The translations under genes were made by a program, and so were the position numbers. Positions 22,616 to 31,142 of a DNA stretch of 64,000 nucleotides are shown one piece after another; position 1 is the stretch's first letter, and every line of letters begins with the position of its first letter. The stretch lies in the NCBI RefSeq assembly GCF_031260295.1, contig NZ_JAIRKE010000052.1. One strand, written 5' to 3'. This DNA comes from Azonexus sp. (GTDB taxonomy: Bacteria > Pseudomonadota > Gammaproteobacteria > Burkholderiales > Rhodocyclaceae). A model generated the notes under the pieces. The model was not told where the DNA came from and did not search any database. It saw only the letters and a program-made list of their open reading frames with translations.

Positions 22616-23529
22616 TCGGGACTTTGGGCGCGGAGGGCCCGGCCGGCCTTGGCGCCGTTCGGGCGGTTGAGGGCGTTGGAAATCCAGTCGCCGATAGCTG
22701 TCAGTTTAGCCAGATCGATCCCGCTTTCAATGCCCAAGCCGGCCAGCAGGTAGGCAACATCTTCGCTGGCCACGTTGCCGGAGGCGCCGCAGGCGTAAGG
22801 GCAGCCGCCGAGGCCGGCGACCGAAGCGTCGAAGGTGGCCATCCCGGTCTGCAGCGAGGCGTAGATATTGGCGATGGCCATGCCATAGGTGTCGTGGTAA
22901 TGGCCGGCCAGTCGGCCGAGTGGGATGTCGCGGGCGCAGGCCTCGATCAGCCGCACGATGCTGGCCGGGGTGCCGACGCCGATGGTGTCGCCGAGCGACA
23001 CCTCGTAGCAGCCCATCGCGAACAGCGCGCGGGCGACGTCGGCGGCCTGGCGCGGGGCGATGGTGCCCTCGTAAGGGCAGCCGACGACGCAGGAGACATA
23101 GCCGCGCACCGGGATTTCCAACGCACTGGCGGCCGATACTACTGGCTCGAAGCGTTTCAAGCTCTCGGCGATCGAGCAGTTGATGTTTTTGCGGGAGAAG
23201 CTTTCCGAAGCGGCGGCGAAAATCGCCACTTCGTCGGCGCCGGCCTGCACTGCCATGTCGAAGCCTTGCAAATTGGGCGTCAGCGCTGAGTAGGCGGTAC
23301 CCGTGCGGCGGCGAATGCCCTGCAGCACGGCGCTGTTGTCGGCCATCTGCGGTACCCAGTGGCGCGAGACGAAGGAAGTAGCCTCGACGCTGCGCAGACC
23401 GGCCTCGGCCAGACGCTCGATCAGCTCGATCTTGACCGGCGTCGGGACGATCTGTTTTTCATTTTGCAGCCCGTCGCGGGGGCCGACTTCGACAATCTTG
23501 ACTTGGCTGGGCAGGGACATGGCGATCAA
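22612..23529 (-). CDS. Hydroxymethylglutaryl-CoA lyase
   Basis: VKIVEVGPRDGLQNEKQIVPTPVKIELIERLAEAGL is the HMGL TIM-barrel N-terminus. Catalytic His/Cys residues are present. Confidence 0.9.
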   Translation of the reverse strand: MIAMSLPSQVKIVEVGPRDGLQNEKQIVPTPVKIELIERLAEAGLRSVEATSFVSRHWVPQMADNSAVLQGIRRRTGTAYSALTPNLQGFDMAVQAGADEVAIFAAASESFSRKNINCSIAESLKRFEPVVSAASALEIPVRGYVSCVVGCPYEGTIAPRQAADVARALFAMGCYEVSLGDTIGVGTPASIVRLIEACARDIPLGRLAGHYHDTYGMAIANIYASLQTGMATFDASVAGLGGCPYACGASGNVASEDVAYLLAGLGIESGIDLAKLTAIGDWISNALNRPNGAKAGRALRAQSPE

Positions 23530-23592
23530 ACCCGGAACAGGGCGGTAAACACGGGGAAAATCCGGCGGGCAACGGCCGGGGTGCGGCCGGGC

Positions 23593-24009
23593 CTAGCGTA
23601 GCCGGAAGCCCATGACGTTGCTCATCACATGCAGGTTCGGTTGTTTGTCCAGCCAATTGCGGGCGGTGCTCGGCGAATCGAACACGGCGATTTCGTAGGA
23701 AGCCATTTCCGGTGCCGTGAGGATGCGCTTGATCAGCTCGGCGAGGGTCGCGTCGGTGGTTACGAAAACAATCCGGCAGTTCGGGTGCGAGGCGTAAGCG
23801 CCGTAATGCAGGGCCGACAACTCGACGAAGGCCTCTTCGCTAAGCTCCCACCCGGCATCGTCCGGGAGTTTGTTGATGACGTAGTGTCTCTCGTCGAAGC
23901 GTCCATCGGCGTGCATCTGCCGCGCCGAATTGATGAGATCGCGGGCCGTGACGCGGCCGGAGAACGTCACCAAGACGCCTTCGGGTTCCCAGATGATCTC
24001 ATAGGGCAT
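23593..24009 (-). CDS. Hypothetical protein (138 aa)
   Basis: MPYEIIWEPEGVLVTFSGRVTARDLIN... No family recognised. Confidence 0.45.
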   Translation of the reverse strand: MPYEIIWEPEGVLVTFSGRVTARDLINSARQMHADGRFDERHYVINKLPDDAGWELSEEAFVELSALHYGAYASHPNCRIVFVTTDATLAELIKRILTAPEMASYEIAVFDSPSTARNWLDKQPNLHVMSNVMGFRLR

Positions 24010-24181
24010 ACAGATGTCTCATGATACGAGGTTGAACCAAACGGCCAAGAGCAGCGTATTGTCGCTCTTGATGGTTTTCATGCTACGCCAAAAGTAAGGG
24101 TTTGCGCATCCGGGACGAGTACGAGGCATGGCCAGTCGCACCGGTGTGTTGCCTAGATGCTCTCGATTCTGCAACGACCAC

Positions 24182-24781
24182 TCACAACTGCTTTTCTTCT
24201 TGCAGCCACTTGCCGACCGGCTCCGGCCGATAGCCGGCCATCGCCGCCAGTAGGCGCTCGTGGTTGGTGTCGGCCAGCACCATCGCCCGGTTCTGCGGGC
24301 GCAGAAAGCCATCGGCGACGGCGCGGTCGAACATCGCCAGCAAGGGATCGTAGAAGCCGTTTACGTTGAGCAGACCCATCGGTTTTACGTGAAACCCGAG
24401 TTGCCCCCAGGTCAGCACTTCGCAGAATTCCTCGAAGGTGCCGAAGCCACCGGGCAGGGCGATGAAACCGTCGGCCAGTTCGGCCATGCGCGCCTTGCGG
24501 GTATGCATCGAATCGACTACTTCCAGGCGGGTCAATGCCCGGTGGTCGACGTTACGGCCGGCCACCTCCTTGCCCATCAGCGCTTGCGGAATGATGCCGA
24601 TGACGGTACCGCCGGCTGCCAAGCAGGCATCGGCAATGATGCCCATCAGGCCGATGTTGCCGCCGCCATAGACCAGTTCGATACCGTGCTCAGCGAGCAG
24701 GTGGCCGAGACGCTCGGCTTCGCCGCGGTAGAGGGGATGCTTGCCGGCATTGGAACCGCAAAAGACGCAGAGTCGTTTCAT
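24182..24781 (-). CDS. LOG-family (TIGR00730) cytokinin-riboside-5'-monophosphate phosphoribohydrolase-like protein
   Basis: GGGNIGLMG and PGGFGTFEEFCEV motifs. Confidence 0.9.
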   Translation of the reverse strand: MKRLCVFCGSNAGKHPLYRGEAERLGHLLAEHGIELVYGGGNIGLMGIIADACLAAGGTVIGIIPQALMGKEVAGRNVDHRALTRLEVVDSMHTRKARMAELADGFIALPGGFGTFEEFCEVLTWGQLGFHVKPMGLLNVNGFYDPLLAMFDRAVADGFLRPQNRAMVLADTNHERLLAAMAGYRPEPVGKWLQEEKQL

Positions 24782-25692
24782 GATGGGCTAGGGGCGGAAA
24801 GGTGTAGGACGACGGTTTCCGGCGGGCAGTTGAAGCGGAGGGGGAGAATGCTGGTGCCGACGCCGACGGTAACGAAGGTCGGTACCGGTGCATCGGGAAT
24901 CCAGCCGCCAGCGTGCCGGCGCGGCGAGCGACCGGGCGTGATAAGCGCGCCGATGAAGGGCAGGCGGACCTGGCCGCCGTGCGTGTGACCGGCGAAGGCG
25001 ACCAGGGCGCGGGCGGGCAAGTCCGGGGCGTTGGCCGGGTCGTGCATCATGACGATCAGTGGCGCGGCTGCGGGAACCTGGGCGAAAGCTTGATCGGGCC
25101 GGGCGTGGCCGGTCATGTCGTCGCCGATGCCGACCAGCCACAGCGAGCCGGCGGCGGTCGGCAGCGCCACGGCAGCATTTTCCAGAACCGTGATGCCGAC
25201 CTTCTGCAAAGCTTGCCGTACCTGCTCGCCGTCATATCCCCAATCGTGGTTGCCGAGCGTTGCATAGACGCCGAGCGGTGCCTTGAGGCGGGCGAGTTCA
25301 CCGGCGATGGCGGCCGGTTCGATCGTCTCGCCGCCGGGCACGCCCCGGGTCATGAAGTCGCCGGGTAACAGGATCAGGTCGGGCTGGCTGGCATTCAACT
25401 GGTCGACGACACGACGCAGCATCGGCAATCCGGCGTGCGGCGAACCGACGTGCAGGTCGGCGGCCACGGCGATGGTCAGGGGCGGGCCGGACCAAGCCGG
25501 CGCGGTCAAGGTCAGTTCGCGCTGCTGCAACCAGCCCGGCTCGAAGCCAACGCTCCAGACGGCCAGACAGAGGATGGTCAGCCGGACAATCCAGCGCAGG
25601 CGTTTCATGCGCCGCTCAAAAACCACCCGCTTCCCGCCAGCGTTCGATTCGCGGCAGGCGGTCGGCGTCGAAGAAGGCTTCACCTTGAACAC
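24778..25692 (-). CDS. Membrane-anchored calcineurin-like metallophosphoesterase
   Basis: N-terminal TM helix. AVAADLHVG, GDF and LGNHDWG metallophosphatase motifs. Confidence 0.85.
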   Translation of the reverse strand: MFKVKPSSTPTACRESNAGGKRVVFERRMKRLRWIVRLTILCLAVWSVGFEPGWLQQRELTLTAPAWSGPPLTIAVAADLHVGSPHAGLPMLRRVVDQLNASQPDLILLPGDFMTRGVPGGETIEPAAIAGELARLKAPLGVYATLGNHDWGYDGEQVRQALQKVGITVLENAAVALPTAAGSLWLVGIGDDMTGHARPDQAFAQVPAAAPLIVMMHDPANAPDLPARALVAFAGHTHGGQVRLPFIGALITPGRSPRRHAGGWIPDAPVPTFVTVGVGTSILPLRFNCPPETVVLHLSAPSPS

Positions 25693-28600
25693 TCAGTTGT
25701 CCGGCAAGACTTTTTCCAGTCTTTTCAGGGTTTCGTTCATGCGTTTAACATTTTCCCAGATGCTGTGATCCAGCTTCAGCTTGTGGTAATTGGCGGAAAT
25801 CAGCGGTGACAGGACGTTGTTATATAGCTGCTTCATCTCCTGGAGGCTCTCGCCAAATGCCTTGGTATCCGGCGCGGCAATGGCGATATTGGGCTGGACG
25901 TCGATCCGGGGTTCCAGGCTGCCCACGGTTTTTATCAGCGAAGCCAGTCCCTTTTTCAGGATTTGCGTGGTTTCCGACTGGGTGCGCAGTTCGTCGACAG
26001 CGCGCGAGATGTCGAGCAGGGTGTTGGCGATGCGCTGGCTGCCGTCGGCATCGTCGCCGCCCAATTTTTTTCGGCGCACGAATTCTTCGCGAATTTCCCG
26101 CCAGCGCGCCTGTTCTTCTTTGTTGAGGCTGCCGAGCAGTTCGGCGAGCTTCAACAGGTTCTCTTCCGCGCCCGTGGTGAGCGTCTGCGCTTCGCCGCGG
26201 TAATGATCGCGCAGGAGCGCATCCAGTTCGCCCTCGTCCATCAGCGGGGTGATGCGGGCGGCGAGCTTGGTCATATTACGGTAGCTGCCTTGCAGCCTGA
26301 ACGGGGGTTCAACGCGATAGGCGTCCTGTTGCGCGGCGGATTCGATGTAGGCGAGGTTAACTTTCAGCAGCAGGTCGCGGGCGCGGAAGAGCCGTTGCAT
26401 GAGAGCAACCAGTTCGTTGAGTTCGGCGGTGCTGTAACCATGCGCAAATTCGCTGCCGGCAATCGACTCGCCTTCCGCCATGCGCACGAGCAGATGCACG
26501 TCCTTGGGATCGCGTGAAGACAGCGGCAGCAGCACAGGATTGGCGGTGAGGCTGTTTTCGATGTAGGAAAGGGCGAATAGTGCCTCGCGCCCGGAGAGAA
26601 CGTCGCCGAGGTTGTAGATGTCGGCGCGGTTGGCGAGCATGTCGGGAATCTTGAAGACGTCGCCGGACTCGGTGTAGGGGTTGCCGGCCATGACGATGGC
26701 AAAACGCTTGCCGCGCAGGTCGCACGTGGTCGGCTCGCCGTTTCGCGTCGCCTCGATGCGGCGGGTGCCGTCGGCCAGGGCGATGAATTTTTGCAGGAAC
26801 TCGGGGTTGGTGTGCTGGATGTCGTCGAGATAGAGCATGACGTTGTTGCCCATCAGCAAGCCGAGGTTGAGCTTTTCGAGTTCCTGGCGCGCGGCGCTGT
26901 TGGGCGCGGTCGTTGGGTCGAGCGCGGTGATGCCGTGGCCCAGCGCCGGGCAGTTGATGCGGACAAAGATCATGCCGAGGCGGTCGGCGACGTATTCCAT
27001 CAGGGTCGTCTTGCCGTAACCCGGCGGGGAGATCAGGAGCAGCATGCCCATGCGGTCGCTCCGGCTGGCATCGCCGGTGGCGCCGATCTGCTTGGCAAGG
27101 TTGTCGCCGACAATGGGCAGGTAGAGTTCGTCGATCAGGCGGTTGCGCACGAAGGACGACAGCGGCTTGGCCTGAAACTGTTCGAGGTGCAGCCGCCGTT
27201 TTTCGGCTTCGAGAATGCGGTGGCGCACGGCTTGCAGTTCGGAGAAGCCGGTGGCGACGACTTCGGCGTGGTGCAGGTAACGACGCCAGAAATCGTGCAG
27301 GTTGAGGGCAATGGCGCCATCATGGATGTGCGGGTGCTCGCCCAGCAGGTTTTGCAGGGAGGTATCGAGGTCGGCGTTGACCCGCTCGCGTGGAATGTCG
27401 AGGGCGAAGCGCGTTGCGGCGTCGTCGGCCCAAATCGCCAGCTGCGGCTGGCTGGCGGTGGCGGCAAGCATCCAGTCCCGCGCCAGCCGCCAACGCTCAC
27501 CCGGCGCGGCAGCAGCAAGGTCGCGCTGCCAGGTGGCGAGCAGGCCGCTGCTTTCGAGTTTTCTTTGCAGGTCGTTGGCCAGATCGTCGGCAGCGGCGGC
27601 GATTAGCCAGCGTTCGTCGGTGTGCGAGGAGGCCAGTTGGCGAACCAGGTAGCGGGCGGCCTGGCGCCCGAGCCCGTTGCGGCCCGCATCGAAGTCAAAA
27701 TCGGGGGCAAAAGCGATGATCTTCTCGGCCAGCGTTTGTTCGAGGCGCTTCTGGCTGGCGCGCGTACCGTACTGGGCACGGATGCCCATGGCCGCCTGGG
27801 CCTGACGGAAGAAGGCGGAACGCTCTTCATCGCGGCAGCCGACGTGCCAGTAAAGCATGGCCAGCGCGCGCGCATCCGGCCCGTAGGAGAGAAGCCCCGC
27901 CGCCGCCTGCATGGCGACGAGGGCAGCGAGAATGCGGGCGGCATCGGCGTCGTGCACGCCTTTCTGGTAGCCCTCCTGGTAGCGGGGGGCGGCCCAGATG
28001 CGCAGCTTCTCAAGCAGGGGTTCCTTGTTTTTGTCGGCGCACAAGGCTTGCAGGCTTCGCCAGTCGAGCGCGAGATCTCCGGTTTCGTCGGCAATGACCG
28101 CTTCCAGCAAGCTGCCGGCGAGGTATTCGGCGCGGTAGAAGTCGGGCGTTTCGGAAATCAGCAGTTGATCCCACTGGGCGCGGAAGGCTTCCAGTTCGGC
28201 ACTGTGCTGCGGCAAGAGTGGGGCATAGTAGTCGGTGCCGCTCAGGTGGTATTGCATCACGCCTTCGCGCGGCACCAGCGTCAGATCGAGCGCCTGACGG
28301 CTAATGGTGAAAGCATGCTTGCCGAAACGCAGGGTATTGCCATCGTCGGAGACGAGTTCGCTCTGATCGCGTACCGAGCGGATGGCCTGATCGCGCGCGG
28401 TCTTGAATTGGGTGTCGAGATCATCGGCGCCGACACCATCGCCGAGCGTGCGCAGGCTGGTAATCTGTTGGCGCAATTTGCCGATCAACGGATCGGAGGC
28501 GAAATAGCTGTGCAGTTGCGCAAGCTCGTTGAATTGCGCGACGCGGCGCGGGATGCCGGCGAGGATGCGGGCGGCGGCATCAACGATGGCGCGGGCGCGG

Positions 28601-30927
28601 CGGTTTCTGGCGTCAAGCAGGATCTGCCGCTTGGCGAGGATCGATTCATAGACGGTTTCGCGCTTGGCGGCGATGTCCGCGAGAAATTGCTCCTGCTCGG
28701 CAAAACGCCCCTCCAGTTCTTCCAGTTGGGTCAGGAGGCGCGTCAGGGCGTCGTCGCACTTTTCAGGCGTGTCCGCCAGTTCGATGGCGTTTTCGAGCGA
28801 CTGCCCGAACAGTTTGAATTGTGCGCCAAACTCGGCGGTGGATTCCGTCGCGGACAAGCTGCGCCGACGATTCCTCGCCTCGGCGCGCAAGCGGTTGATT
28901 TCGGCGTAAACGGCGGAGATGGTGTCGAGAATCCGGGTGCGCACGACCGCGTCGCCGCCGGGCAAATTGCCAACCTGCCCGGTCAATAAATCGAGCCCGG
29001 CGGCGGAAGCATCGAGTTCGGCGAGCATTTTGGCGATGTCTTCGCTCGTTGCTGCCTTGTCGAGCCGCTCTTCGACGCGGACAAGTTCCTGACGGGTGCC
29101 ATCGAACGCTTTTTCCTGCGACAGGAAGGCCAGCGCTTTTTCCCCCACGCGGTCACTCTCGGTCGCGTAAGCGGCATCGAGCGCGCTGATGCGCCCGGCG
29201 TCGGCATAGCGCATTTCCAACAGCAATTGCAGTTGCCCGCGCTCCCCGCGCAAACGATCGAGCGCATGCACGAAATCTTCCGGTCTCTTCCAGATCGTCC
29301 CCGTGATTTCGGAGAGCAATTCCTGCTGGCGGCCTTCGGCCTGGTCGGTCGCCTGACGCGCGGCGCGGCGGATGCTTTCGACCTTTTCAAATTCGTCGAG
29401 TGTGTTCCTTGCTTCCTCCACGATGCCGTGCAACTCGGCATCCATCGCTCCCGCTTCCACGGCATCGAGCCAGAAGAAGGCATCCAGCGCGTTATCGCAC
29501 TGGCGGATGATTCCCTCGTAAGCGACGCGGGTCGGCACCTGTTCGCGCACGGCGCGGGCGATAGCCGTCAGTTCGGCAATTCCCCTGACCAGCTCGGGAT
29601 TGCCGATGCGTCCCCAAAACCCTCTCGCCGCTTTGGCGCGAGTGACGTGGTCCTCGTCGAAGAAGGGGGTTTGCCAGAGTTGCATCGGGTGGGTACGGGT
29701 CGGGTCCGGATTGCCGCCCTGGAAGGTGAGGATGCGCCCGTCCTCGAAACGGGCATACCCGTGGCAAAGGATGGGCGGCGACAGGCTTCTTTCGATCAGG
29801 TTGTACGAAAAAAGCATGTATTGCCCGCCTTGCGGCTGGTAAAAGACGTAGAGCACGTCTTCGCCATTGGGCGAACGCAGCATGCGCTTGAAGCGCGACG
29901 TGGCGGCCAGCGCTTCGGGCAGGTCGAACGCCTTGGTTTCGCCCGACTGCAGGTAATAGCCGCCGGGAAAGATCAAGCCATGATCCTCCGGCAACTGCAC
30001 GCAGGACTGGCCGATGGCGTCGATCCGGGTCACGGTGTTGGTGCGGGCGTTGAAGACCAGGTAGCGATCATGTTTTTCCCGGTAGGGGCGCACCTTCAGA
30101 AGGATCAGGGTGCCGAGCCGCGCATAGGCGATTTCCGCATCGGCAAGCGCCTGATTCTTGTCCTCGACCGGCTCGGAATAAATGCCGAGGCCCGTCTCGG
30201 TATTGTTCTCGACCTTGACCGTCAGATCGCCGTGTATGGTTTCGACGAATACGGTGTCCAGAATGTTGATATGCGGATGGCGCCCGCCAACGTGCTGATC
30301 GCGCGTACAAAGCGTCCATTCGAAATCGTGCGTGGACGGCAGGGCCATTTCGCGTTCGCCGCGATTGTCGATGTATTGGAGGCTGCCGTCGTTTTTCAGG
30401 GACCAGCGGAACACCCGCTGGTCGGTCAACTTTTCGCCGATCTGAAAAGCCGCGAAAAGCTTGTGCTGATGCACGCGCAATTGCGTGAGGTTTGCCTGCT
30501 TGTAATAGGCGTAAAGCTCGCGGAAATCGGCGACGAAGCGGGGATCGTCAAGAAAGGTTCCGGCCAGCGGCACGGGTTCCAGTTCCTCGACGCTCTCCGC
30601 GTTTTCCTGCAAGCGGTAGAGCGAAAACACGTCGTCGACCGCCGTTTCCTTGCGCAGACCGATGAAGACGTTGTAGCCGAACAGGAGCAGGTCGCCGCCG
30701 ATGCGGGTCAGGTCGCGGGCCACGCAATTGTTTTCGGTACGGGCGCGCGTGCGCAGGATCAGCGATTGTGTAGCGCGGCCGAATTCGGCAATCCGCGCTT
30801 CGTTCAAGCCTTGCGTTTTCTCAAGCAGCCGATCGCCCCGATCGGCGAGGCGTTTTTTCAGGAGTTCGTAACTGCCGCTCTCGGCAACAAGGGATTCGGT
30901 GGCGTCGATTTCGGGGATGTTGGCCAT
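25693..30927 (-). CDS. Giant (1744-aa) AAA+ ATPase-containing protein of unknown function
   Basis: One continuous ORF with an ATG at 30927. A single P-loop module sits at roughly residues 1250-1450 (Walker A LLISPPGYGKTTL, Walker B VMLYLDDIQHTNPEF, AAA_5/MoxR-like). The ~1200 N-terminal residues and ~300 C-terminal residues are largely helical or coiled-coil with no recognisable domain. It is co-oriented with the flotillin, NfeD and PspA genes. Confidence 0.8.
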   Translation of the reverse strand: MANIPEIDATESLVAESGSYELLKKRLADRGDRLLEKTQGLNEARIAEFGRATQSLILRTRARTENNCVARDLTRIGGDLLLFGYNVFIGLRKETAVDDVFSLYRLQENAESVEELEPVPLAGTFLDDPRFVADFRELYAYYKQANLTQLRVHQHKLFAAFQIGEKLTDQRVFRWSLKNDGSLQYIDNRGEREMALPSTHDFEWTLCTRDQHVGGRHPHINILDTVFVETIHGDLTVKVENNTETGLGIYSEPVEDKNQALADAEIAYARLGTLILLKVRPYREKHDRYLVFNARTNTVTRIDAIGQSCVQLPEDHGLIFPGGYYLQSGETKAFDLPEALAATSRFKRMLRSPNGEDVLYVFYQPQGGQYMLFSYNLIERSLSPPILCHGYARFEDGRILTFQGGNPDPTRTHPMQLWQTPFFDEDHVTRAKAARGFWGRIGNPELVRGIAELTAIARAVREQVPTRVAYEGIIRQCDNALDAFFWLDAVEAGAMDAELHGIVEEARNTLDEFEKVESIRRAARQATDQAEGRQQELLSEITGTIWKRPEDFVHALDRLRGERGQLQLLLEMRYADAGRISALDAAYATESDRVGEKALAFLSQEKAFDGTRQELVRVEERLDKAATSEDIAKMLAELDASAAGLDLLTGQVGNLPGGDAVVRTRILDTISAVYAEINRLRAEARNRRRSLSATESTAEFGAQFKLFGQSLENAIELADTPEKCDDALTRLLTQLEELEGRFAEQEQFLADIAAKRETVYESILAKRQILLDARNRRARAIVDAAARILAGIPRRVAQFNELAQLHSYFASDPLIGKLRQQITSLRTLGDGVGADDLDTQFKTARDQAIRSVRDQSELVSDDGNTLRFGKHAFTISRQALDLTLVPREGVMQYHLSGTDYYAPLLPQHSAELEAFRAQWDQLLISETPDFYRAEYLAGSLLEAVIADETGDLALDWRSLQALCADKNKEPLLEKLRIWAAPRYQEGYQKGVHDADAARILAALVAMQAAAGLLSYGPDARALAMLYWHVGCRDEERSAFFRQAQAAMGIRAQYGTRASQKRLEQTLAEKIIAFAPDFDFDAGRNGLGRQAARYLVRQLASSHTDERWLIAAAADDLANDLQRKLESSGLLATWQRDLAAAAPGERWRLARDWMLAATASQPQLAIWADDAATRFALDIPRERVNADLDTSLQNLLGEHPHIHDGAIALNLHDFWRRYLHHAEVVATGFSELQAVRHRILEAEKRRLHLEQFQAKPLSSFVRNRLIDELYLPIVGDNLAKQIGATGDASRSDRMGMLLLISPPGYGKTTLMEYVADRLGMIFVRINCPALGHGITALDPTTAPNSAARQELEKLNLGLLMGNNVMLYLDDIQHTNPEFLQKFIALADGTRRIEATRNGEPTTCDLRGKRFAIVMAGNPYTESGDVFKIPDMLANRADIYNLGDVLSGREALFALSYIENSLTANPVLLPLSSRDPKDVHLLVRMAEGESIAGSEFAHGYSTAELNELVALMQRLFRARDLLLKVNLAYIESAAQQDAYRVEPPFRLQGSYRNMTKLAARITPLMDEGELDALLRDHYRGEAQTLTTGAEENLLKLAELLGSLNKEEQARWREIREEFVRRKKLGGDDADGSQRIANTLLDISRAVDELRTQSETTQILKKGLASLIKTVGSLEPRIDVQPNIAIAAPDTKAFGESLQEMKQLYNNVLSPLISANYHKLKLDHSIWENVKRMNETLKRLEKVLPDN

Positions 30928-31142
30928 GACATGAATTTCCGGGTTCTGGATGTGTCGGACGGATCAGTGCTTCACGGGGAAACCCAAAAGGTCCCGCCGA
31001 AAAAGGGAATTGCATTTGACTCCCTCCCCCGCGAGGGGGGGAGGGTTGGGGTGGGGGGCATTCAGCGGCACTCGCCCCCATTCCGACCTTCCCCCGCCAA
31101 GCGGAGGAAGGAGCAAAACCGTCTTCGCGGTGGAGCCTTTCC

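Noticed and set aside
24778-24781. LOG-family and metallophosphoesterase genes as part of a nucleotide-signalling defence module with the giant ATPase
   Set aside because: The LOG protein is a standard 199-aa TIGR00730 housekeeping type with canonical PGGxGTxxE, and the phosphoesterase is a generic YkuE-like enzyme. Co-orientation alone is insufficient. This is mentioned as context only.
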